62,830 nt of DNA, from contig KZ538547.1 of the NCBI GenBank assembly GCA_000934665.2, forward strand, positions 1 through 62,830, in the 5' to 3' direction. Source of the stretch: Catajapyx aquilonaris (Eukaryota). The notes beneath the pieces were generated by a model. That model made no database searches. It saw only the letters and a list, made by a program, of their open reading frames with translations, and was not told the DNA's origin. The position numbers and the translations under genes were made by a program. This document shows positions 41,201-52,642 of this stretch, piece by piece; positions within the stretch are counted from its first letter, which is position 1; each line of letters begins with the position of its first letter.

Positions 41201-43996
41201 GACCAGCACCGCCATGCTGGAGACTTGGGCAACATCCAGGCCGATTACAAGGGAGAAGCCTCTTTCAGGCTGCAGGATGTTTACATCAGTCTCCTCGAAG
41301 GCGAAACCAACGTCGTTGGGCGCGCCTTCGTGGTGCATGAAAAGCCTGATGACCTGGGTCGCGGGGGCAACGACGAGAGTCTCAAAACAGGAAACGCCGG
41401 GAAACGATTGGCCTGCGGGATCATTTCCCTAACCCGATAATGGCCTTCACTTTGTCGTAATCAGCCTCTTGCTTTACAATTCAGATGATGCTATGAATTG
41501 TTATCCAATTGACTGGAGATGCTTTTCTACCAAAATGAAAACATGACGTCGAAAATTGGGAAATGATGTCCCAACAAAATAATAGTCATGTGCTTTATGT
41601 CGTGCAGGTATTATGACGTGCACTGTATGCATTTTGAAAAATAAATTTGGCACTCTACAGCTTTAGCGCCTCCTTTCCCTTGATGAATCTTCCTTGGAGC
41701 CAAGTACGTTGTCAGATGTTATGACATCGTTAATGATAGTTTATGATCTTGTCCTTCCATGGTTATTTATGTGTTATGTAGGTCACTGTGCACGCAGTTG
41801 GAGCCGGTAGAAGGACTGTCAAATCATCCTGTAATTCTCGGATCCACCTGACCCGTGCCACACATGTCACAACAATGACCCTGATTTTTATAAAACAACA
41901 AAGATTCTTAAAAAGCGGGAGGAAGCGTAGTATAGTGACATGCCATGGTTTCCACTTCCACATGAATTCATCGTGTGTGAAATGAGCAGAACAATTATTT
42001 TAAAAATAATTAAATAACAGACACCTCTACGCACTTGGCCACAATTGCTATGCCATTCATGTCCTAATGACTGTCCAAAATCCTATCACTCCAGTTCATT
42101 AAAAAACTGGACAATTATATAACAGCAATAAACTTTTTATATAACTCTAGAACAATCTGGTTCGGTCAAGAAGCTGCTCACGTACCCTACCAGTCAGATT
42201 CGGAGAAAGGGGAAGGTCAAGGCCGTTGGTAGGAGGCAGTCACCTCAACCTTGTCCTCAATTGATCTTGCTACCTACAAATGGGCAAGAATTAAGGGAAA
42301 TCCCTGAAGGGTGATGGACATGGGGAAGGAGACTCCCAGTTGTTGACCTTCAAGCCCTCTGCAATTTCCACCTAACCGAAAACACTTTTGCGTAATAGGA
42401 GGTGAAGAAGTGCATAGCCCAAAAAACCTTGATCGCCTTGTTCCGGTGGCAATGGCCCTAACATCAGGTTAGCTTCATATAACAAACCCCTTTCCCCGCC
42501 TCCATCTAAGCATCCCAAGGTTTCCCACCTTCCTCTTCTTGGGATGACCCAATTCTAGCTGCGAGGTCACCTTCTGTCGAGGACCTTTTTAATTCGATGC
42601 CTTCGGAGGTGATAAAAAGCCTGCGAAGAAAATTGGTCGCCCAGTGCACCTTGATCCTCCAGGTAAGACAATTCAGCCCTTTTGTGCAAGAACGTGGTGA
42701 CTATTGTTTGGACATTTCAGAACCATGGAGATCCTTGTGATCATCCTCGTGGCGTCATTGGCATCGGTGTCATTGCCAATGCCTGAGGAGCGCGGCAAGT
42801 GGTCGTGGGGTCCGTCACACGGATCATCATACCCGTCACATGGGTCATCATATCCGTCACATGGGTCCTCATACCCGTCGTACCCGTCGTATCCGTCCTA
42901 CTGTCGCACTCATCACAAGCCCAGTGGCGGTGGCGGCGGCGGATGTATGCCCACATTTTGTCGCTCAGGTGACGAAGACAGCAGTGTCCGGGGTGAAGAC
43001 GACCGCTTCCATCATCACAAGCCGTCGCCATGTGCCCCTGGCTACTGTCGCACTTTCCACAAGCCCCAGAGCTGTCAACCGACCTTCTACCCGCGGCCAC
43101 CACGACCACCGCCTCAACACTACCCGCAATACCCCGAGTACCCGCACTATCCTCCTCCTCCACCTCCGCCACCCCACCGGCCAACAGGACACGAGAGGTG
43201 CAAGTGTGTCTCCCACTATGATTGTCGTCCGCCAGCATATGAAACCGTAAGTACAACCAGAGTGTCCATCTAACAATACGTGCGTGACACCGATGTCCCT
43301 TTCAGGAGCGGTGCTACCGTGGGATAGTTTGCTGCTCTAGAGGTGGAGGTGGAGGAGGATTCTTCGGTTCTTTCCCGTGGTGGAAAAGCGGGGAACAACC
43401 CAGGTCAACTGACTCTGACTGATTGCACCACTCTCACTGTGATCTCTGTTTGTCTTATTATTTGCTATAATAAAATCACTCTCTGTTGTCTGTTTATACG
43501 TCCGGTATTTCCTTACACTCACCTATGGTGGTGATGACCACGATGGAGTAGAATAGTGCCCCGTGGAATGTCCACTGCACGTTGTCCACATTCTCATCGC
43601 CGTCCCACCCTTTCTTGCGCATTGCATCGATGAGTTCGAGCTCGAATTTCGCCAGCTTTTCAGTCGCATTGCCTGACCACTCTTCGCGGTGCAACACCTC
43701 CGACTCCTGCATCAGATGCCAAAGCTCCTGGGTCACTTTGTGTCGCACCTTGGCCATGTTGCGCTTCACCTTCAACAAAACAGTGACGTCAAGCATGGTT
43801 TTTCCCCATTCCAACACTAATTCCTCACCTCTTTCTCGTGTTCCACTTCCAACTTCTCGAACGCAATACCTCCGATGAGACAATACCCGACGACCAACGA
43901 CACCAGTCCCACGTGCGAGAACAGGAAGGTGAGGAACTTGCTTCCCAAGTGCAAGCATCGCCTGCACTTGGTGTCATCCTCTCCAATCGGCCTCAT
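35273..43996 (-). CDS. Two-pore-domain potassium channel (K2P, TWiK-like) paralog 3, ~542 aa, long TM2-TM3 cytoplasmic loop
   Basis: Exons 43996-43829, 43769-43523, 36919-36712, 36592-36458, 36388-36271, 36200-35800, 35687-35547, 35483-35273. P1 '[16 protein letters not shown]', P2 '[14 protein letters not shown]' (GC-AG intron). The start Met is tentative: an acceptor at 44008-44009 implies upstream exon(s). Confidence 0.9.
37332..37493. mobile_element. Short non-autonomous DNA transposon (MITE-like, Tc1/mariner-pogo-type ends), degenerate
   Basis: Ends ta-ccgta...tatgg-ta with internal inverted motifs 'tataagacgcac' and 'gtgcttcttata'. It interrupts the alignment with SOD duplication unit 2. 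Confidence 0.45.
37787..38544 (+). CDS. Secreted Cu/Zn superoxide dismutase (extracellular type), copy A, ~206 aa, nested in K2P-3 intron
   Basis: Exons 37787-37897, 37966-38199, 38269-38544. Signal peptide [17 protein letters not shown]. Metal ligand and catalytic motifs intact: [44 protein letters not shown]. Exon 1 donor inferred from equal length (111 nt) in both copies. Confidence 0.93.
39254..39519. mobile_element. MITE with Tc1/mariner-type terminal inverted repeats
   Basis: 11-bp perfect inverted repeat agggtgttcca (39255-39265) / tggaacaccct (39508-39518), followed by g-ta. Absent from the matching position of duplication unit 1. Confidence 0.55.
40472..41440 (+). CDS. Secreted Cu/Zn superoxide dismutase (extracellular type), copy B, ~199 aa, nested in K2P-3 intron
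   Basis: Exons 40472-40582 (alternative donor after 40567), 40883-41110, 41180-41440. Signal peptide [17 protein letters not shown]. Motifs [45 protein letters not shown]. Confidence 0.93.
42725..43422 (+). CDS. Secreted Pro/His/Tyr/Ser-rich protein with a C-terminal six-cysteine module, ~212 aa, nested in K2P-3 intron
   Basis: Non-coding exon donor at 42663 (gtaag), acceptor at 42720, Kozak-like accATGg. Coding exons 42725-43246 and 43306-43422. Hydrophobic N-terminus, PSHGSSY x3 repeats, poly-Pro, [10 protein letters not shown]9-[14 protein letters not shown] at 43469. Confidence 0.8.
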
Positions 43997-46540
43997 CCCA
44001 TTCACACCTGTGCTCCAGCAAATCTTCTCAAACGCGTACTCACTCTTACAGCACACACACACACTAGGGTGCATACACACACACACGTACCCAGAACAGC
44101 CTCGAAATAGAGCAGCGGAAAGGGTGAAGGCCCTCCCACCTTCTTTCCCTGCCCACACACAACCCTTTACTCATTTACAATCCTAGCCTACTACTTTGCT
44201 TTGCCAACTTTCATTCACTCTTTATGGCTTCATTATGGCCAACCCAAACCGGGTCTAGGCCCCAAAATATGGGGTTTTTGGAGCTTTTAAAGTGTAAGAA
44301 CTTCAGTAACCAGTGGGACAATTTGCAGCTTTTAAAGTTGTGTGGACCTTAACATATCCACAAAAGTTCTGGTCTTGTTTGGCAGATAGAATAACAATAT
44401 GTGCGCCAATTTGAGGTATTCTATAAATACCGTATGCTAAAATCTCCAGACTTACCACAAACATACAGCTTCATATGATTTATACAAGCAGATTAATTCT
44501 TAGTAGCATTGTCTCTACCTCACTGACTATAACCGATACCAAAAACCGGCCGTTTTCGCAGATAAGCTCATATCACTAATCATCCCATAGGAGATTAATG
44601 CTCCTATCCCGGGATGGGGGGCATGCAAGATTCGCTAGAACGAGACTTGGTTTTATGGCTGCCAAGAGAGCAGTAATAGAAATGGAGGGATGCAGTTTTT
44701 TGCGCCATGTGAAGACAATTTCACTGCCATAACACTACATGGCAGCATCAAGGTCGCTCTTCGCCAGCATCCATCTCCAGATTTTTTTGGGGAAGCGAGC
44801 TGCCTACTGATTGGCCCCCTATGACTCTGCTTTGAGCTAAAGATAAACCTGGGACCAGTCTCAAAGAGCCTACCCCCCCCGGATTCGCATCGTTTCTTGT
44901 AAGTAATTACAAGCGAAATATCCGCATTATCCCAGCAACCAGACTGTATCTCGCTCTCAGATACGCCCCATTTTGCCAACACAGAGACCGCTTTAAAAAA
45001 ACCTACTGTTAGACTTGAATAGTCAATATTCCACCCTACTGTTTGTGTTTTGAGGCCAGATACCTAGTGTTGAGTTACCGCAATATGTTCTCTAGTCTTG
45101 GCACACCCTGACTTGAGTATATACATATCCCACGTGATTCTGGCCTTGTGCCACATTTTACGGATACCACACATCAGTCTCAACAAGTAATTCCTTCTGG
45201 CTTCAAATATTGCAAATTGAAACAATTTGAGCACAATGGTCCACAATGGAGCTTCTGCATGTCTGAAAAGCGTTGGGTAAGCTCACCATGATGTGGGTAT
45301 ATGCGGGTACTTCGATCGAGGGAGGGGTAAATAACTCATCGATTACCGGGTGGAAAATGAAGCTACTGTTTAGGGTGAGGAAGAGCCTCCAGGGGATGGG
45401 GATTACACACCCACACACACACAGAAGGGCTTCTCACATATCCCGGCATTTCACGTGTTAAGGATCGGGAGAGGAGCCTGATTGAATGGACCTAACGGCG
45501 TGCAGACTACCAATTTGTGTCGAGCGAATGTCGTTCTAACTCCTCCAATTCAGATGGTTAGCGTGAATAATGAACGATGGGTTGGCCGTTACGGTGTTTG
45601 GCCATAGCTTAAGATGTTAGGGTGGGGGAACTCCATGTTTAGCCTTGCTGCTGCAGACAGGCCAATCAGCACTGGATACCGAAGCGCGACAAATATGTCA
45701 GTGTGTGTCGACAAGAGACACAATGTGCCTCTATCGATCATCGTCAGCAGTTGTGGTTGTTTTCAAAAGCGACAAGCCTGTTGCACATAGACTTTACTAA
45801 TATTGACAAACTACTTTTTTTTTGTTCTTTTGTGGCACAACGGAACATACGTTGAGCAATTACATATGAGTGGGCTTTTTATATAATATTCAGCATAACA
45901 ATGAATGTTTCGATTCAAACAGTACCCTCATTATCCAAAACAATCCACGCATTTGCAAGCTACTACCGTATTGTATAGCAGGGTTTCTATAATGTACCGG
46001 TACCTTCTACAGGACAATGAAGGCCGGTGGGCATATCCTGAGCCACAGAAAAATAGAAAATCATCCCATTGAAACTCCAATAAAGTGTTTATTCTCCAGA
46101 CCTAAGCCACCTATTTACAACAAGTTTTTCACCGTCTGGCCCGGTTTTACATTGCGCAAACACACAAAACCGTCCACTGTCTATCTCCAGAAAGGTCTGA
46201 GCCCACCGCGGTTTTTATGTACTCCGCAGTAGTAGCCTCGGAATCGTCAAAGAGCCATCCCGCCGCACCCTTATGTTCGGCAAATGACCGGGGTGTCCTG
46301 CCTTCCGCGATCATCCTCTAAAAATTAGCCTCTTAATGGCGCAGTTAATAAGAAAATGGCAGGGGGTGTCGGAACTCCATCATGGGCCAGAAGGAGGAAG
46401 CTCCGAGCCTTCTGAATATATCAAAGTTAACGAATAAGGAAATGTCCATTACTTTGTTTATGCTCCACTTTATTATTTTTAAACGACGCCATTTGTTATT
46501 TGACGTCGCCAGGCTCCGCTACAGGGAATTCATGGGGGGG

Positions 46541-46552
46541 NNNNNNNNNNNN
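46541..46552. other. Assembly gap or ambiguous bases within a poly-G run
   Basis: 12 N bases flanked by G runs. Confidence 0.95.
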
Positions 46553-48249
46553 GGGGGGTGCCTCCCCACCGCAGAGTTATTGCCCTCCGCCCAGTTATGA
46601 ACGCCCCAAAGACTTGGGGGCTTGCATTCCTTCCTTTCCGACTAAATTCCATTTGCTTCTTAAATCCAGCCCATCTGCAGACTCGATGCCAAACACTGTC
46701 GCACTAATGGCGTCTGGTGCGTTCGGAGGCGTTCGGGTGCGTTCGGGCATGTTCGGGAGTAACGGCCACCTGTTTGAGGCGCCATCTGCTTATTGAACCG
46801 CCAATTACTCCCACGTTGGGCTATCCTGCTGCATCGGTATTCTGCTCGGAAGAATGGCCTGGCTCAATCCCCACTCGAAAAATATCAGGCCTGTCGAAGG
46901 GGCTGTGCTCCTTTTGAATACGCGAATCTCACGCCCTTTTGCGCCTGCTGAATGCCCATTTTCTGGCGTGCGGCGAATAGAGAAGGGCGTGGAAAAAGAG
47001 GCGGCATTGGCAAGGAGAGGGTTCACAGGGGGTGATATTAAAAACGGCGACAAGCTATTTTCACCGATATGGAGCCCGGCAGGCAATGTTATTTTATTTC
47101 GCTTCACTGACGATGGATATATGCTGGCCAGACTCAAAAATAGACGCGAGCAAGGCCTAGGAGGTGGTGAAATAGAACGTAATAAATATTTACCCGGTAA
47201 GATAATAGTGGAAGAAAAACATGGTGAATGACTAATGAGCAGACTAATATGTTACGCCACATTATGCCTTCTGGTCTGGCCACCTTGGGTGTTACTTATC
47301 CATGACAAAGTATATTAAATGTTAGCTAAGTAACAAGCAACTAGTTATCCAAATGGGTAAGCTACCCAGGGTGACCACACTATGTGCTAAGTGGTTATTA
47401 CTTATTATTAGCAACAATATTGTTGAAATCATAATCAGGATTTGAACAGGACATGTACAGGGTGAGATTGTCCCGAATGGAAACCCAAACATTCCTCAAT
47501 AACTTTTTAACTATGGTATACTATGGTTCCCGATGAAAATTGACTTGTACTTACCTTGTATCGTGCCAAACAAGGTCCGACTAAATAATATACCAAAAGT
47601 GATCCCCTCCAGCATCCAAGAATTTTTAAATGCGAGTCTGCATCGTGGTCTGCATATTGCCGAAGACTCCTGCAGATGTGGCGGCGGGGATGTGCACCAT
47701 ACGGCCTTCCCATTCTTGACCTGGGCACTTGGGCAGCGTACTAGCACCCTGCTGTAAAGAAGTCATGTGCATGGGCAGTTGCTCTTCATTCAAATTCTGT
47801 GAATTTTTATGAGCAGTTTTTGAAAATCTCTCAAAATGAGTAGTTGAAATATACTACTTTTTGAGTGGTACTTGAGGTTTCACAGTGTATAGCCTTTTTT
47901 TCGAAACATCCTTATGAAGAGACTCTTGCAGTATTCATCCATCATGCGGCATCCCGAAGCACCAGTGCGAGTATGCAAGTGCAGATTCAAGCAGTCTTTT
48001 CATCACTCTAGTACTAATCCTGGGGTCCTCGAAGGGCTGAAGTGGCCTGCAGCAGTTATAACGCAATACATCAGGGTTAATGCCCCGCCGTCATTCCATA
48101 CGCAATCAGGCGCTGATAGCCTTACATTGCTTCCCTGGCAAGCCCTCGAGCCATCTCTTGGCTCCTTGCACTTGTCATGTGTACAGTACACTACGCTGCA
48201 TGCGTCCCACTGTGCATGTGCAGCCAGGCCCGGCTTTACATGATGTTAC

Positions 48250-48717
48250 CTTGGCGCCGTCCCAATCATCAGATCACGGATCTGATCCACGGGCCATTTA
48301 GGTCGCTTCTGCTTCCGGCCAATGTTTCAACGGCCGTGCCCAATCATGCGGTACATGCTGTCGAGGGCGGTCACGGTACCGCACGTTCCGAAGCCGGTTC
48401 CTTCCGAGGAATCGTACGGAGAGCGACAACCAGTGTAGTTCCAGTCTCACTGGGAAGATGTCGCCACCTGCCGACCCCCTCACAAATTGCCAGACCATTT
48501 GGAGAAACTTAATTTAGTTTAAAGCAAATGTAGTGCAGAATCTTTTGTGCGCATTTTACCGAGTGGGTGTTAGCCCATGTCCAGTTATCCGTGGTCCAAT
48601 GCGTACCTGAGTTGGCGCTGCCGGAGAGCAGTGGCGCCGCATGTGCTTGTCGGTGGAGTCGGTTGTTGTCGCCGTGTGTTTCTAGGCCTAGCCGTGCTCA
48701 GCCCAGTTTTATTCCGG
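48250..48717. promoter_or_regulatory. Putative bidirectional promoter with flanking non-coding first exons (K2P-3 on -, eIF3c on +)
   Basis: GC-rich island. Minus-strand donor AAG|gtaaca at 48250/48249; plus-strand donor CGG|gtatgt at 48717/48718; matching acceptor at 49060-49061 just before the eIF3c ATG. Assignment is inference. Confidence 0.4.
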
Positions 48718-49090
48718 GTATGTTCATAAGGGCCATTTCCGTGGCCTAAACTGGCCGAGTTGTGAAATTGCTGGAAGTGGTGCACACAGGCTGGGAGGTT
48801 TGAGCCCTGCGCACGTTGCTACTTCCTTAATTTGCATGTCAGTGTGGGACATATGGTGTGCAAGACACATAGTGTTGGTCTGCCCTTGTGCAGCCTCCCG
48901 GCCATGGAAATTATTCATGTCTAATAAATAACGTGCTGGTACATTACTTAGTCAGAGTTAGTCGCACCTGACAGCATATTCACACACACACAAAAAGTGG
49001 CCGTGGTCATGTCATGAAGTATTGAAATTAATAACAGTGTTACTCCCTTTAATTCAAGCAGTTTGCTGAAGTCACCTAGACAGCTTCAGC

Positions 49091-52000
49091 ATGAGTCGCT
49101 TCTTTGGAACCGGCTCCGATTCGGAGACTGAGAGCTCGGAGGAAGAGGAGATTAGTAATGTGCCGAGGCAGCAGGCTACTGCTGTTGGTTACGCTGTGAG
49201 TAGAGAGCAGTAGAATATAGTAGTTGCAGGGTTGGCTGACACAATGTTGCGTGATTATAGTTCAGCGATGAAGAGGAGGAGGCGAAGCGGGTGGTGCGCT
49301 CTGCCCGTGAAAAGCGCTACGAGGAGCTGAAGAACACGATCAGGCAGATACGGAATCACAAGAAAAACCGGGACATGAACAGCATGCTGTCGAGCTTTGA
49401 GGTGTTGGTAGCAGCCTACCAGAAGGCCTTGCCAGTTATCCAGAAGGAAGAGAATGGCATCACGCCTCGTTTCTTCGTGCGATGCTTGGTGGAGATGGAG
49501 GAGTGTGTTGCAGAGGTGTGGGAGGATCGTGATGGAAGGTATGGATCCAAACGCATTCATACATGCATGTAATGAGGTACCAACAGAGATTAATGTGCAA
49601 TTCTCCTTACAGGAAAAACATGTCAAAGCAGAACTCCAAGAGTCTGGCCACACTGCGCCAGAAGCTGCGACGTCACAACAAGGAAAACTTTGAAGAGGAC
49701 ATTGCCAAGTTCAAGGAAAATCCTGATTTACCGGATGAGGAAGAGGAAGAGAAGGAAGAAGATTCAGACAGTTCAGCGTCTGAGGCAGATGAGCCATCAG
49801 CTTACTTTCGTAAGAAGGGAGATTCTGAAGCTAAGCCAACTGATGCAAAAGCGAAGTTTCTCAAGGTGTGTGACAGCAGTGGTTTATTATCTCCGAGATG
49901 AAATGTGGTAGAAGGTGTTCATGAGTTGAAATTGCAGGGTGCCGCTGATGAAGATGATGAGGAAGGGAGCGATGATTCCATTGACTGGGGGCGAGACTCG
50001 GAGGATGAGAGTAGCTCTGATGACGATGAGGGCAACTACACCAGCCTTCGGGAGAAATTTTTGAAACGGTGAGTATACAGTGGTTGTCACGGTCCATAAA
50101 CAAGTGTTAAATTGTGTTGTCACATTTGCAGTACTACAGACAAGGAGGAAGAGGAAAAGAAAAAGAAGGACAAGAAGGATAAGAAGGAGAAATCCCGCAA
50201 AGTGCGAAAGGATGAGGAAGAGAAGGAGGGGGAATGGGAGACAGTGAAGGGGGCACCAACCAGTGCTGTAAGTGTCAAGATGTGTCCACATTGTGTTTGC
50301 TATCATGGAAGTGTTTATGGGCCAAATCTAACTCATATTTTGTCTTCAGCGGCCGAAGCTGTTCCCAAAAGATGCAGAAATCACGCTTGATGCAGTGATA
50401 AAGAAGCTCTCAGAGATCCTGTCTGGACGTGGGAAGAAGGGTACAGATCGACGAGAGCAGATTGAACTGCTTACAGAGCTACAGTCCCTCTCAGACATAC
50501 ACGGACTGGGTGTGGGCATGGGGATAAAGATCCGATTTGCTATTGTGGCCTCGATCTACGACTACAACCCCAAGATAACAGATGCCATGAAGCCAGCCAT
50601 GTGGGAGAGGCTGATGCAGCGCCTGAATGATCTAATTGATGTGCTGCTGACCACCCCTGACCTGACAATTGGAGAGCATGTGATTGAAGAGAGTGAGGTG
50701 CTGGACAAGGCACCTTACAGGATCCGCGGATGTGTGCTGACCTTGATAGAACGCATGGATGAAGAGTTTGTCAAAATCCTGAAGGACTGCGATGCCCATT
50801 CAAATGAGTATGTGGAGCGCCTCAAGGATGAGAAGCGTGTGTGTGAGCTGATTGACCGTGTCATGAACTATGTGGAGCGACAGGCCATGCCTTCTGAGGT
50901 GTGCCGCATCTATCTTCGCAAGGTGGAACATCTGTACTACAAATTCGACTCGAGGGTCATTGAGCTCAGAGCGGCAAGTTAACCCAAAATATTTTTTCCT
51001 GAGCAACACATTTTCTAGCTGCCAAATCTCATTGCACACTTTCCTTGCAGAAAAATGACAAGCTGGAGAAGGGCGACGACAAGGAGGCCAAAGTAAAGGC
51101 AGAAACTGTAGAAGAAAAGGAGAAGGTGGACGCTGAGAAAGCTGAAAAGGAGGAGAGTGAGAAGAAGGATGGGGATGCAAGCGCAGAGAAGACTGTCCAG
51201 AAGGACGGGGAAACAAGTCTGGAGGTGATGTCTCGATTATGCCACTTCATCTACACCAAGGACTTGACAGACCGACTACGAACAAGAGCCATTCTGTGCC
51301 ACATCTACCACCACGCCCTCCATGACAACTGGTATGAGGCCAGGGACCTCATGCTTATGTCTCATCTGCAGGACTCAATTCAGCACTCCGATCCGCCTAC
51401 ACAGGTACCATACCTAATATGACGGGGAGGGTGATGTCTAAGCCCCTGAGTTACTGGATTTCATTCTTAACTCGGATGTCTTGCATTACAGATTCTGTAC
51501 AACCGGACGATGGTACAGCTTGGTCTGTGTGCCTTCCGACATGGGAATATAAAGGATGCTCACAACTGCTTGGCCGACATCATGATGACTGGGAAAGTAA
51601 AGGAGCTGCTGGCACAAGGCCTACTGCCACAGATACGAGTAAGAAGAAATGGCTCATAGCAGTTGTCATCATTGTTTAATATCTTGTCTTTCTGCAGCAC
51701 AAGAATGAACGGAGCATCGAACAGGAAAAGATCGAACGCCAGCGGCAGATCCCATTCCACATGCACATTAACTTGGAACTGCTGGAATGTGTGTATCTGG
51801 TATCGGCAATGCTGATTGAGATCCCATACATGGCTGCTCATGAATTTGATGCTCGTCGCCGTCTCATCTCCAAGACCTTCTACCAGCAGCTTAGATCAAG
51901 CGAGAGGCAGCCCCTAGTAGGTCCCCCTGAATCAATGCGTGAGCACATAGTTGCTGCCTCCAGAGCAATGCGCAATGGCAACTGGAGGGCCTGTGTTAAT

Positions 52001-52559
52001 TACGTGATCAATGAGAAGATGAATGGGAAGGTGTGGGGCTTGTTCTATCAACCAGACAAGGTCAAGGAGATGCTCAAGAGTAAGATTCAAGAGGAGGCTC
52101 TTAGAACATACCTGTTCACCTACTCACATGTCTACGACTGCATCTCAATGATAACCATGTCAGAGATGTTCGAGCTGGAAAAGGCTGTGGTTCATTCCAT
52201 TATCAGTAAGATGATTATCAATGAGGAGCTCATGGTAAGTACCGCCTTCATTTTGGTTTCATAATCAGGTCAACCTGCTGACACCAGATTTAATGTTTAC
52301 TATTCAGGCATCCCTGGACGAGCCCTCACAGACGGTGGTGATGCACAGAACAGAACCTACTCGCCTTCAGTCCCTAGCCCTGCAGCTATCTGACAAGGTG
52401 GGAACACTGGTTGAATCCAACGACCGTATTCTTGAGCTGAAACAGGGAGCGTTCTTTGGGCGTGGGATGTCTTCTGCCTTCCGAGACAGGCAGCCATTCA
52501 ACCGACAGGGACAAGACTGGGGGCGTAACAGGCGAGATAACCGTGGTGGAAACTACTAA
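49091..52559 (+). CDS. eIF3c: Eukaryotic translation initiation factor 3 subunit C
   Basis: Exons 49091-49195, 49261-49538, 49613-49865, 49938-50068, 50132-50267, 50350-50973, 51051-51404, 51492-51638, 51698-52234, 52308-52559. Motifs [52 protein letters not shown] and PCI region. One GC-AG intron. Confidence 0.97.
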
Positions 52560-52642
52560 TCGGAAAAATTACGTAATTTGTACGCATCTCCAGCAAGTAT
52601 TCAATAAAGGACATCCCAATTGATTAGATAACATGTTATATT

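Larger units (their letters stand above)
36969..41645 (+). repeat. Tandem segmental duplication of the SOD gene with its upstream region (unit 1 ~36969-38640, unit 2 ~38876-41645)
   Basis: Shared non-coding blocks: 'atcgttgcagtataa' (36969/38876), 'ctcatgcactgaagtcactc', 'ctcataacttttcacta', 'caataattcgttggaaagaaa', 'gcgcaatgcatctgcatcgac', and 3' 'tgctttatgtcgtg...gcattttgaaaaataaa'. The second introns are also similar. Confidence 0.85.

Noticed and set aside
47456..47891. Possible MITE starting tacagggtg and ending cacagtgta
   Set aside because: The inverted ends are too degenerate to support without a repeat library.
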